A stretch of DNA of 63,889 nt, counting the filler, from an uncultured Methanosarcinales archaeon (GTDB taxonomy: Archaea; Nanobdellota; Nanobdellia; Woesearchaeales; CAYXTQ01), in NCBI GenBank assembly GCA_964608065.1. It is 5 parts of 4 records of this genome, joined end to end, with 100 filler letters (N's around TTAATTAATTAA, not from the genome) between each part and the next. Parts side by side here need not be neighbours in the genome. Positions count along the whole stretch, not along the records: positions 1 to 16,471 come from CAZSMA010000001.1; positions 16,572 to 22,457 come from CAZSMA010000002.1; 3 more parts are not named here. One strand, written 5' to 3'. The notes under the pieces were generated by a model that saw only the letters and a list, made by a program, of their open reading frames with translations, had not been told where the DNA came from and did not search any database. Within the stretch, counting starts at the first letter, position 1; every line of letters starts with the position of its first letter. This document shows positions 9,098 to 18,148 of the stretch, piece by piece. Made by a program: the position numbers and the translations under genes.

Positions 9098-9595
9098 TTA
9101 AGTTCTACCTGCCTTTACTCCTTTTTTACGTTTAACCCCTGTAACCTTTCCTTTGTTTCTCCTGAAATTAGATTTGGTTCTTTGCCCTCTTACTGGTAAT
9201 CCAAAAACATGTCTTATTCCTTTGTAGCTTTTTATCTTTTTCATTAACTTAATATCATTATCTTTGTGGAAATCTAAATCTCCTCCAACTAAATGCACAT
9301 CTTTTCCAGTTTCAAAATCTTTCTTTCTGTTAAACATCCATATAGGTAAACCATATTTAGCAGGATTATTTATTATATCATCTATTGCTTTTGTCTCAGC
9401 ATCACTAAGCTCTCCTATTTTTTTTATTCTATTTAGATTAGATACTACAACTATCGCATTTGCAAATGCATAACTAATCCCTTTTATTTTAGCTAAAGAA
9501 TGATATAAGGGTTTACTGCCATCAAGGTCTGTGTTTGCAATTCTAACCAGATGCCTAAAATCATCTTGTGATTCTTGATATTTTTGTTCTTCCAT
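9098..9595 (-). CDS. rps13: 30S ribosomal protein S13
   Basis: VRIANTDLDG, YKGIRH..GLPVRGQRTKSN. Confidence 0.97.
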   Translation of the reverse strand: MEEQKYQESQDDFRHLVRIANTDLDGSKPLYHSLAKIKGISYAFANAIVVVSNLNRIKKIGELSDAETKAIDDIINNPAKYGLPIWMFNRKKDFETGKDVHLVGGDLDFHKDNDIKLMKKIKSYKGIRHVFGLPVRGQRTKSNFRRNKGKVTGVKRKKGVKAGRT

Positions 9596-9766
9596 TTTAC
9601 TTTATATTTTAATTATTATAAATCCGAGAAAATCGTATCTAAACCCTAGATACGCCTTAATGACTCGGGCTTTATGCCTAGGAATTAGAAACCCTTTATA
9701 AAGATTGCGGAAACTATATTATAATCAGTAAAATTTATAACCTATTTAGTAATTCTTTGAACTTAT

Positions 9767-9840
9767 GGCGATGGTGATGTAGTCTGGCAGCATGGGAGAC
9801 TGTGGATCTCTCCGCCCGGGTTCAAATCCCGGCTATCGCC
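9767..9840 (+). tRNA. tRNA-His (GTG), G-1 encoded, CCA not encoded
   Basis: Cloverleaf: G-GCGATGG/CTATCGC-C acceptor, GGAGA-CT-GTG-GA-TCTCT anticodon arm, CCGGG-TTCAAAT-CCCGG T arm. Confidence 0.95.
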
Positions 9841-9871
9841 CTTTTCGTCCTTTTTTTTAATTTTTCTAGAT

Positions 9872-11035
9872 TTATTTCTTTTTGTTTTCTCTTTTTATAT
9901 AGTAACGCTTTTTAAAGGCTTTAAAAACATCATTTACTGTTATTTTTTCCATACAGGTTTTTGTATGATAACAAAAAAGGCTTACGCATTTACAATTCGA
10001 TTTGTCAATAACAATATCCCCTTTATTAGTAGGTTTAAATATTTTAGCACCAGGACCCAATAAGTTAATACTAGGTAAATCTATTAGATGAGCAATATGC
10101 CTAGGGCCACTGTCTATTCCTATAAAATAATCACAATTCTTCATAAATAATGTAAGATCCTTCAAATCTAATTTCTGTATCAAAGAATATAACTTAAAGT
10201 CTACTTTTTTCCTTATATGATTATAATGTTTTTTTTCCTCCCCATTAGCCCCAACAAAAATAAATTGAAAATTATCTAATTCATTAATCTTGTTTAATAA
10301 TTTAACCCATTTATTGTTGTCCCACAATTTGACTGGCCAGCCTGAACCTGTATGGATTACTATTTTTTTATTTTTTTTCTTAAACAGTTTTAATTTTTCA
10401 ATTTTCTTGTAATCTGATTTAGAAAATTTAAATATTTTATCAAAATCTAGCTTACTTATTTCTTTTTCACCTATAATCTCAAAATTCAGCTCTCTAATTT
10501 GTTTTACTGTATCCTTATTTGAAAGATTTCCAGCCAGATGAAGTCCATACCGTATATAAGGTCCTAAATATGATTTGATACTCTTAAATTTTATTTTTTT
10601 TAGGATATTATAGGCATCTTCACTTATTCTCATAACCAAAACAAAATCATAACTCGGGAATTTCTTCTGACTTGTACGCACTTGTTCTGTCTTTCGATTG
10701 CACAAAGACTTAGCAGTAAAAACCGTTCTAACCCCTACAATTCTCTTTGCAAGAGGTTTCACGGGGGGGGAAACCATCAAATCAACCTTTGCATTATTCT
10801 TATCAATAAAATATTTCAGAGCATGTAATGAGACCATGAAATCTCCTATCGTAATTGAGTTAATAATTAGAATTCTTTTTGGATTTTTGTTAAGTTTTTT
10901 AAATTTCTTTAACATAATTAATTTAAAAAGGAGGGCTATTTCTTTAAAAGTACCAAGGTATTCAACATTAATCTTATTGCTACTAACTCTTTTATTACTA
11001 ATTAAATTTTTTTTTTCCCCTCTTCTTTTTTGCAT
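9872..11035 (-). CDS. Glycosyltransferase family 9 (heptosyltransferase-like)
   Basis: IGDFMVS, HTGSGWPVKLW, FIGIDSGPRHIA, LLGP. Confidence 0.88.
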   Translation of the reverse strand: MQKRRGEKKNLISNKRVSSNKINVEYLGTFKEIALLFKLIMLKKFKKLNKNPKRILIINSITIGDFMVSLHALKYFIDKNNAKVDLMVSPPVKPLAKRIVGVRTVFTAKSLCNRKTEQVRTSQKKFPSYDFVLVMRISEDAYNILKKIKFKSIKSYLGPYIRYGLHLAGNLSNKDTVKQIRELNFEIIGEKEISKLDFDKIFKFSKSDYKKIEKLKLFKKKNKKIVIHTGSGWPVKLWDNNKWVKLLNKINELDNFQFIFVGANGEEKKHYNHIRKKVDFKLYSLIQKLDLKDLTLFMKNCDYFIGIDSGPRHIAHLIDLPSINLLGPGAKIFKPTNKGDIVIDKSNCKCVSLFCYHTKTCMEKITVNDVFKAFKKRYYIKRENKKK

Positions 11036-11129
11036 CTTTCCTTAAGAAACCCCTAACATTTTTATTACTTTTGTTTTTTATAGAAATTTCGCGAATTTAT
11101 AATCTAAATAATAATAGAATGTATCTCGG

Positions 11130-11627
11130 CTACCGACACCATTTTCTCTTCTTAACAATAGAATGATAAACAACATAAGGCAGAATAAAAAATATAGCAT
11201 AAACAGCTGCTACAACCAAAGGATTATGAGTGAAAATACCAATATTCAGCACATTCTTTAGATTATTAGCAACAACAGTTATAACAAAAAAACTTATTAC
11301 AGCAATAGACGGTATCAATATACTGATAATAATATGGTGCTTTTTCTCCAATTTCTCAATATCTCTAACCAGTATCTCAAAAAACAAACCAAATGACAAG
11401 CCAATTACAACCATAACAACATAAAGCATTACCTCATTCAAAGTAAGCAAAAACGGAATCAAAGAAATTGCTATCAACATATTTCCTAATATAGCAATAA
11501 ACAATGCAGCCCAATAAACTATTTTATCAAGAAATACATTCTTTTTCACTTTTAACTTACCCCTTTCTTCTCTAATCAATTTAAGTTTATGTTCTATTTC
11601 CTCTTTTCTTTTCTTACTTTTCCTCAT
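11130..11627 (-). CDS. Hypothetical membrane protein (~4 TM)
   Basis: Four hydrophobic segments; ATGA overlap with minD. Confidence 0.75.
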   Translation of the reverse strand: MRKSKKRKEEIEHKLKLIREERGKLKVKKNVFLDKIVYWAALFIAILGNMLIAISLIPFLLTLNEVMLYVVMVVIGLSFGLFFEILVRDIEKLEKKHHIIISILIPSIAVISFFVITVVANNLKNVLNIGIFTHNPLVVAAVYAIFFILPYVVYHSIVKKRKWCR

Positions 11628-12403
11628 CTTAATCCCAATCCTTTCAAGACATAATTAAACATACTTGACTTCTCTTCTTTATCTAACCCATATTCGTACT
11701 TTTCTCCTATTAGTTTAGCTGCTAATTTCTTAAAACCTACTGAAGCTGGACTCATTGGATAAGCATATATTATAGGATGTTTAAGATTAATTGATTTTTT
11801 TATATTCTTGTCTTCAGGAATCACAGCTAATATCTGTTTTCCAAGCATTCTCTCAATATTTTCTATATGCATCTCTGTTTCATTTCCAGTATACCTGTTC
11901 AGAACAACGCCTATTATAGTTGCATCATGGTCTTCTGCTAATTTGATTGTCTTCAAAGCATCTGTCACAGCTGCTAACTCAGGTGTTGTAACAACTAAAA
12001 CTTCATCTGAAGATTTGATTAAATCCTGCAGGTCTTTTCCAAAACCTGTTTCTGTATCTATTATAACTACATCAGTTGCTCCTGCTAATTTCATGATTAC
12101 ATCTGCAATGTTTTCTTTAACTCCTTTTGATTTATCAAAAGAAAGATGAGAAAGTATAACCTTTAAACCACTTGGATGAGAATAAACAACTTCTTTAATA
12201 TTTTTTTTCCCCATTAAAGCATCATGTAATGTCAATTGTGTAGAATGCATTCCCAAATGCAGCCCAACATTAGGTGTTGTTATATTTCCATCAACTATTA
12301 TAACATCCCTTCCAAAATCACTCAAAGCAGTTGCTATATTTATAGAAGCAGTTGTCTTTCCAGTACCTCCTTTTCCAGAAGCTATAACAATAAACTTAGT
12401 CAT
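11624..12403 (-). CDS. minD: MinD/ParA family ATPase
   Basis: SGKGGTGKTT deviant Walker A, VVTTPE..AVTDA, amphipathic C-terminus. Confidence 0.92.
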   Translation of the reverse strand: MTKFIVIASGKGGTGKTTASINIATALSDFGRDVIIVDGNITTPNVGLHLGMHSTQLTLHDALMGKKNIKEVVYSHPSGLKVILSHLSFDKSKGVKENIADVIMKLAGATDVVIIDTETGFGKDLQDLIKSSDEVLVVTTPELAAVTDALKTIKLAEDHDATIIGVVLNRYTGNETEMHIENIERMLGKQILAVIPEDKNIKKSINLKHPIIYAYPMSPASVGFKKLAAKLIGEKYEYGLDKEEKSSMFNYVLKGLGLR

Positions 12404-12862
12404 TTTCCACTTTTAATAGTGTCCTAACATAATTCAAATATTTTTTTATTATAATATAATATTCATTCACTTTGTCTATATTCATTTCCTGCGGTATTCC
12501 ATTTATAATCACAGTCATTGTAACATGTCTTCTGTATTCCCTTGCTTTTGTGTACGGTGCTCTATCAATATTTCTTAAGTTTAAATAAAATTGTATAAGT
12601 TCCAGGATAGTATCATCCTTTTTGAAGAATTCTTTCAACATTTTTGTTTTTTGGCCAGGAGTTTTTGGAATCTTTTTTATTTTATTCTTTTTTTTTTTTT
12701 TAAGTCTAGAAGTAAAGCATCCATCATAAAATCAAAAGAACTTATCATCCTCTTTATGACATGCTTTATCATATCAACAGTCCTTGTATATTTTAGACTG
12801 ACAAATATCAAATGGTCTACCTTCCTTATTTCCCTGAATGCGTTATCTAAAGATTCCCTCAT
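12396..12862 (-). CDS. Hypothetical helical protein, frameshifted in an A homopolymer (one gene of ~155 aa)
   Basis: ORFs 12677-12862 and 12396-12641 join if one A is added in the run at 12688-12701 (KKKKKNKIKKIPKTPGQKTKM); N-terminus resembles the upstream neighbour (DHL..SL.Y versus DHM..QTY). Confidence 0.7.
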
Positions 12863-13328
12863 TTTTATTCACTATAATGTTTGTTTCATGTATAAACATC
12901 TTTGATTTTGATATTATTTTTTTTAATTCTTCAACACTTATTGTCTTCATCTTGTAATTTTCAGAGCAGATAATGAATCTGTCATTCCTTACAAACTCTA
13001 CAGGACTTTTCTTGTGTGCTACAATAATATCCTTAACATCTCTTATCAATGATAGGTATTCTTTATCTAAATTATACCTTGGAACACATCTAGCTTTGAA
13101 AATATGGAATTTTCCTTCAAAACTGTCTGGAAACACAGGTATTTTCTTGAATAACCTGTCATAATGCAGCACTGAACTCATTGAATAGCTTAAAGCCAAA
13201 AACACGTTTTCTAATACTGTTAGCAATAATCTTACATCCTTAACTAAAGGATAAGTCTGTGTTAGCATATGGTCTGCTATACTGATTTTTTTTTTTGCAG
13301 ACTCTTTTAACTCCTGAAATTTCTCCAT
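12843..13328 (-). CDS. Hypothetical protein, possibly HEPN-like helical bundle
   Basis: AKKKISIADHMLTQTYPLVKD...HKKSPVEF; co-oriented with the minD cluster. Confidence 0.7.
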   Translation of the reverse strand: MEKFQELKESAKKKISIADHMLTQTYPLVKDVRLLLTVLENVFLALSYSMSSVLHYDRLFKKIPVFPDSFEGKFHIFKARCVPRYNLDKEYLSLIRDVKDIIVAHKKSPVEFVRNDRFIICSENYKMKTISVEELKKIISKSKMFIHETNIIVNKNEGIFR

Positions 13329-13365
13329 ATATAAGTTATAATGGCTTAGAAGTTTTTTAAACTTT

Positions 13366-13701
13366 CTATTTTAATTTTAAAATTGCTTCTGCTAAATCGC
13401 CTTTAGTGTCTTTTAATACTTGCTCTACTTCTTCCCTAGGCTTGTTTGTCTGCTCCATAACTGTTTTAATATCATCTTCATTAATATCAGGTTCTGTAGA
13501 TACTTCTCTTTCTTCAATATTTCCTACTACTTGGAATGTTTCCTGCCCCATCATATTGACTTTGCTTACTTGAGGCTCTGTTATAATAATGTCTTTTTCT
13601 GTTCCTCTTATAATAACTTCTTTAGCATCTATTTCAACCTGCTGAATACCCATCTTCTTCATCATCTTTTGTGCTTGTCTACTATTCATCCCAGGTATCA
13701 T
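13366..13701 (-). CDS. nac: Nascent polypeptide-associated complex protein
   Basis: MMKKMGI, MMGQETFQV, UBA-like DDIKTVMEQT...GDLAEAILKL; ATGA overlap with secG fixes the start at 13701. Confidence 0.95.
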   Translation of the reverse strand: MIPGMNSRQAQKMMKKMGIQQVEIDAKEVIIRGTEKDIIITEPQVSKVNMMGQETFQVVGNIEEREVSTEPDINEDDIKTVMEQTNKPREEVEQVLKDTKGDLAEAILKLK

Positions 13702-13874
13702 GGTAATCCTAGCCATCCTTGACCATACATATGCAGAACCAGTATTATTACTATAACTAATATTGTAAGAATTATAATATGTCCGGGTTTAAACTCTATT
13801 TTACTCTTATAGTCATCAAAGTATCTGGTAATTCCAGCTGTACTTGACGGCATTGATATTTTGTCTTTTGCCAT
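13698..13874 (-). CDS. secG: Preprotein translocase subunit Sec61beta/SecG (58 aa, not in ORF track)
   Basis: MAKDKISMPSSTAGITRYFDDYKSKIEFKPGH followed by one TM helix. Confidence 0.92.
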   Translation of the reverse strand: MAKDKISMPSSTAGITRYFDDYKSKIEFKPGHIIILTILVIVIILVLHMYGQGWLGLP

Positions 13875-13896
13875 TTTTTTTTTTTTTTAAAAGTAA

Positions 13897-14253
13897 AGGC
13901 AGGGTAAAAATAAGCCACCTTCTGTCAGATGTTCATGTGAAATCATCTGTCTTAGTATTTAACTAAGCCTTCATAGCGAAGTTGCACAAACCAGGGCTCA
14001 CCGTTTCATCCTTTCACTTGAAAAATTGGATTTTTCAAGTTCCCGGAAATTTGATTTCCCAGGACATAAAAAACGTCAGGAGGTTAACTCAGAACTGTTG
14101 CCAGTTCCTTCACATCCATCATCCTAAATTATGGTGGTATCGTTTCTGAGTGGTTGCCATCCCTTACAAAATCTCCCTTCCGAGAGTGGTCTTTCATAGT
14201 GGGTGGACTTTCCTCAGTTGTTTCCAACCGATAACTAAGTTCTTACCCTACCT
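13897..14253 (-). ncRNA. rnpB: RNase P RNA
   Basis: Minus strand GAGGAAAGUCC, CAGAAAC, GAUGAAACGG and ACAGAAGGUGGCUUA conserved regions; P1 AGGUAGGGUAA/UUACCCUGCCU; TATA box ~25 nt upstream. Confidence 0.92.
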
Positions 14254-14364
14254 CGCCTTAGAAATAATACTGGGTTTATAAAGTTAACGGAAAAATTATA
14301 TTAATAGGTTTTCAGCAAACCTTTTATACTTCATTATATCCTATTACACAAGATGTAAACAGAA

Positions 14365-14577
14365 ATGAAACTAAAACCATTATTCTTATTAAGCTGGAAG
14401 AAAGTTTGGATAATTATAGTTGCAGGTTTTGTTTCAATAATGTTGCATAATATAATAAGTGGGTTAATTGGAATAGAAGAGCCAGTATTCTTTATTATTA
14501 CAATATTTATTATTCCAACTTATTTCTTAATCTCTGTGATATATAGTTTAATCTATTTTATTAAGAATAAGAAATAG
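14365..14577 (+). CDS. Small hypothetical membrane protein (2 TM)
   Basis: Two hydrophobic segments around LHN...EEPVFF. Confidence 0.65.
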   Translation: MKLKPLFLLSWKKVWIIIVAGFVSIMLHNIISGLIGIEEPVFFIITIFIIPTYFLISVIYSLIYFIKNKK

Positions 14578-14580
14578 TTT

Positions 14581-14754
14581 TTATTTTATTTTTATCTTTA
14601 TTTTACCTTTTTTATTCTTCTCTAGAACACATTCTTTTATTCCTTGTTTCTCTGCATAAGCTTTAGCTTTTTCTTCAGTCTTAAAGCTCTTTAACCTTCT
14701 CTTTCTGTTTCTGCCCCTCTTAAGAAGGATTGGTCTTATTGCTCTTGTACTCAT
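14581..14754 (-). CDS. Small basic hypothetical protein
   Basis: KSFKTEEKAKAYAEKQGI; TATA box upstream at ~14780. Confidence 0.6.
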   Translation of the reverse strand: MSTRAIRPILLKRGRNRKRRLKSFKTEEKAKAYAEKQGIKECVLEKNKKGKIKIKIK

Positions 14755-14840
14755 AAACTGCAAGAATTCTGTTTTATTTATAAACTTTACTTAATTGTAT
14801 ATAAACTAGAATTATGTTTACTAATTAAAAAAGAAAAATA

Positions 14841-15170
14841 TTACAGATATTCAAACCTAAGAGTTTCATTAGTGATAAGCAAAGGAATTTCTTCAGCAAG
14901 CTTACCCATACCTAATAATAATCCATATGCATCTATTGATTTAACTATTCCGTCGCTTAAATCAGATAAACATTCCTCCCCAGCATCTTCAAAAATATAT
15001 CCTTTATTTAGATCAAATCCAAAAGCTTGAACAATTGGAAGTCTAGAATTACGGTTAATTACTACTGCACCTTTAAAATCCTTATTATGCTCTCTGTTCA
15101 AACGTTTTATAGTATCATCTAATCCAACTGTATTTTTAATAATTTCAAAAATTATATTATTGTTATCCAT
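14841..15170 (-). CDS. Hypothetical protein
   Basis: AGGTGA ribosome-binding site, 109-aa ORF. Confidence 0.6.
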   Translation of the reverse strand: MDNNNIIFEIIKNTVGLDDTIKRLNREHNKDFKGAVVINRNSRLPIVQAFGFDLNKGYIFEDAGEECLSDLSDGIVKSIDAYGLLLGMGKLAEEIPLLITNETLRFEYL

Positions 15171-15208
15171 GATATCACCTTAAGCACTTTAAGAATTTCC
15201 TTATCTTT

Positions 15209-16285
15209 TTAAGCTTTTTTGTTTAAGACTAAAACCTTCATCTCCTGCTCTCCCATAAACACACTTCTCTCTTCCTTAACCTTAAACTTATATTTTTCTC
15301 CTTTCTTCTTTAACTCTTCAGTTTTGTCAGAAATAACAACTATTTTACCGTTTTTTCTTAAAATATACTCAGCTTGGTAAAAAAACTCATCATATTTCTT
15401 CTCAATATCCTTTTTATCAGAATATTTAGATAAAGAGGGAACCTGAGTTACAATAATATCTACATTATCTTTAAACTTTAATTCTAAAAAATCAGTATCT
15501 GTCCTAGAAAAATGTAGTAATTTATTGACTCCAGCAATCTTAGAATTCTTCTCAGCAGATTTCACATTCCTCTGCGTTGTGTCAAAACAATAAACCTTAG
15601 ATTTTTTGCCAATCTTCTTGTCAACCTTGTCAAAATTAAACTTAAAGTTCAGTTTATTCTTATTATAATAGTTAGTTGGAAAATTGGAAGCAAACCTTGC
15701 AGCTTCTATCGCTATTTCCCCACTTCCACAAAAAGGATCTAATAAAACTTTATTTTTATCATAGCCAGCAATCCTAACCAAACTGTAAGCTATTGTCCCT
15801 TTTAACGAATTAGGCAAACTAAAAATCTTATAGTCTCTTTTGCTTAAATCCATTCCTGAAACATCAACACCAAAATAACATTTATTATTGTAAATATAGA
15901 CATAGTAAATAACATCTGGATTTTCTAAATCACACTTCAAATCAATATTTTCTCCAACTTCACCCTCTATTTCATGTGAAGAAAAATCATGCTCACCTAT
16001 TCTTTTACATTTAACTCTAAATGTTTTATTATTATTTTTTAGGATTTTAATTTTTTTTATTGTTTCAATGATTTTTTTCTTATCACTGAATTCAAAATAA
16101 TCATAAAGTTCAAGAACCTTAGCAAATGACTGCCCCCTATAACATAACTCATAAAGCTCTTCTTCTTTCTTAAAATCAAACATTACAACTGTATCTTCAA
16201 CCTTACCTTTACTTCCAATTATTTTTTTAACTTCTAGCACAGAAATATCTTCTATTCCTTTGTTTGTTATTATTAAGCCTTTCAT
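15209..16285 (-). CDS. THUMP-domain RNA methyltransferase (Trm14/RlmL-like)
   Basis: THUMP TFRVKCKRIGEHDFSS, DLSKRDYK, LLDPFCGSGEIAIEAA. Confidence 0.88.
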   Translation of the reverse strand: MKGLIITNKGIEDISVLEVKKIIGSKGKVEDTVVMFDFKKEEELYELCYRGQSFAKVLELYDYFEFSDKKKIIETIKKIKILKNNNKTFRVKCKRIGEHDFSSHEIEGEVGENIDLKCDLENPDVIYYVYIYNNKCYFGVDVSGMDLSKRDYKIFSLPNSLKGTIAYSLVRIAGYDKNKVLLDPFCGSGEIAIEAARFASNFPTNYYNKNKLNFKFNFDKVDKKIGKKSKVYCFDTTQRNVKSAEKNSKIAGVNKLLHFSRTDTDFLELKFKDNVDIIVTQVPSLSKYSDKKDIEKKYDEFFYQAEYILRKNGKIVVISDKTEELKKKGEKYKFKVKEERSVFMGEQEMKVLVLNKKA

Positions 16286-16471
16286 AAGAAATAAAGTTTC
16301 AATTTAGTTATTAAATGTTTTTATTAATGAGTTTTTGAATAATCTTTTAGAGCACATACGCAATGATAAATTTTAGTTAATTCATAAACCTTTTCTTCAG
16401 GATTCTTATTTGCAACTTCTAATCTAATCCCTTTAAGTCCTTTCTGCTTCATAATCTGATTAACAACTTGT

Positions 16472-16571
16472 NNNNNNNNNNNNNNNNNNNNNNNNNNNNN
16501 NNNNNNNNNNNNNNNTTAATTAATTAANNNNNNNNNNNNNNNNNNNNNNNNNNNNNNNNNNNNNNNNNNNN
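16472..16571. other. Artificial contig linker
   Basis: N44-TTAATTAATTAA-N44 (stops in all six frames). Confidence 0.95.
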
Positions 16572-16630
16572 ATTTTTGATTTTTTCTTCAAACATTTTCA
16601 ATAATTTTCACATAACTTTATATACTTATT

Positions 16631-16792
16631 TTATTTCTTTTTAATAGGTCTTAATGATTTAGACTTGCATCTTCTACAACTTATTTTGCCCTGGATTACT
16701 TTGAGGTTTGGAGCTTTAATTACAGATTTGCATTTTTTGCATACAAATTTCTTTAAGAAGATTCTTGCCTGTGCTTCTGGAAATTTAACCAT
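16631..16792 (-). CDS. rpl40e: 50S ribosomal protein L40e (not in ORF track)
   Basis: MVKFPEAQAR...VCKKC...CRRCKSKSLRPIKKK. Confidence 0.92.
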   Translation of the reverse strand: MVKFPEAQARIFLKKFVCKKCKSVIKAPNLKVIQGKISCRRCKSKSLRPIKKK

Positions 16793-17190
16793 TAGTTTCC
16801 ACCTTTAATTTGTTTCATTACTTTTTTATCAAGTATTGTCCAATACAATACTGTAGAGCCTTCAACACAGTCAGATTTTAATTCTTCAGGAATTTCAAGA
16901 TCAAAAGTTTCATAAGTTTCTGAATCCATGACATTAGCTGTGTTGCCTTGTATACTTAGAACTTGTGAATTTTTTTTTTCTATTATTGGAACATCTACAC
17001 TGTCATGACCTGGCATTACTACTACTTTTTTTTTTCCATCAATAATGCCAACAGCGCTTAATCTTACTTTTGCATGGCCGTGTTTACCAGGCCTAGATGT
17101 TTGAGTGTCAGTTATTTTGCAAGCAACATCATCTATAATAATATAACTTCCTTTTTTTAATGAGCCTACTGAGGCTTGTTTTGTTGACAT
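16792..17190 (-). CDS. eif5a: Translation factor aIF5A
   Basis: SRPGKHGHAK hypusination loop; GGTGA ribosome-binding site. Confidence 0.96.
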   Translation of the reverse strand: MSTKQASVGSLKKGSYIIIDDVACKITDTQTSRPGKHGHAKVRLSAVGIIDGKKKVVVMPGHDSVDVPIIEKKNSQVLSIQGNTANVMDSETYETFDLEIPEELKSDCVEGSTVLYWTILDKKVMKQIKGGN

Positions 17191-17199
17191 AGTGATCAC

Positions 17200-17406
17200 C
17201 TATTTTGCTGCTAATTTAATGTCTCCTGATTTGACTGTTTTTCTTCCAGCATGCATTGCCAGTTTAACAGCTTGTGCTGCAATCTCTTCTGCTTTTGCTT
17301 CAACAACATCTTTTAGAGCTGTTTTTGCACTATCAGAAACTCTTTCTGCACCACTTTTTTTTAATATTTTCTCCATTGCAGCCAATGGTAATAATCTTTT
17401 AGACAT
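17200..17406 (-). CDS. Archaeal histone
   Basis: [19 protein letters not shown]...[15 protein letters not shown]. Confidence 0.95.
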   Translation of the reverse strand: MSKRLLPLAAMEKILKKSGAERVSDSAKTALKDVVEAKAEEIAAQAVKLAMHAGRKTVKSGDIKLAAK

Positions 17407-17480
17407 TTTAGCACCCCTTGATTTGTTCTGTTTCTTAGGAAAAGATGGTTGTTTATAAAGTTTTTGTTTTAATAGTGTTT

Positions 17481-18146
17481 TTAGAAGAATCTAAAGAAGG
17501 AACGGCTCTTATGACGTATTCTAGGCAGTTTTTTCAGTTTTTCTTCGATAATAAGGCTATTAGGGAACTTTTTTTCCTTTTGTCTGAATTCTTTATCATG
17601 ATAATGGTTTCTTCCGTTTTTTGATTTGAATTTGTGTTTTTTATGCAATATTTCATGATACATTACATAATCTAAAAGTTCTTTGTCTTGGTTTTTTAGA
17701 TTAGAGGTTATTGTTATAGTGTCAGAGCCATATTCATAAGAGCCAAGTTTATAATTTGAGTTGTTCCAGGCTAAATTTGGCTGTTCTATTAAACCATAGA
17801 AGTATTGGTTGTTTACTCTGTTGAAAGAATCTTCTAGAATTGGATCTGATTTTGTTTTTGGAGCTGCTAAATGAATTTTTTTCATAAAGATGTTGTACAT
17901 GTCCATATTAATTGTTGATTTCTTTTCTTTGAATAGCTTTAACAGAAGGCTTTGGATCAAACCAATTTTTATGTCTGAGCTTATTGGTTTCCAATGCTTG
18001 CTTAGGTTAAATGTTAGATTATTGCCAGTGTATTTGACATTAGCATTATATGGGCTGAATTTTGCACTGTACTTTAGTTTGAATTCGTAATTAGCTAAAT
18101 GTTTTTCTGGGAATAAGAGATTAAATGATTTTTGGGAGATGTTCAT
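17481..18146 (-). CDS. SprT/YgjP-like zinc metallopeptidase domain protein
   Basis: KLGSYEY...[13 protein letters not shown]...H..EF. Confidence 0.75.
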   Translation of the reverse strand: MNISQKSFNLLFPEKHLANYEFKLKYSAKFSPYNANVKYTGNNLTFNLSKHWKPISSDIKIGLIQSLLLKLFKEKKSTINMDMYNIFMKKIHLAAPKTKSDPILEDSFNRVNNQYFYGLIEQPNLAWNNSNYKLGSYEYGSDTITITSNLKNQDKELLDYVMYHEILHKKHKFKSKNGRNHYHDKEFRQKEKKFPNSLIIEEKLKKLPRIRHKSRSFFRFF

Positions 18147-18148
18147 GA

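Noticed and set aside
12677..12701. Programmed frameshift or phase variation in the A run
   Set aside because: The assembly has many suspect long homopolymers; a sequencing error is more likely unless reads show otherwise
16325..16471. Minus-strand open frame ending ...ALKDYSKTH
   Set aside because: Probably the 3' end of a gene cut by the contig break; too short to identify
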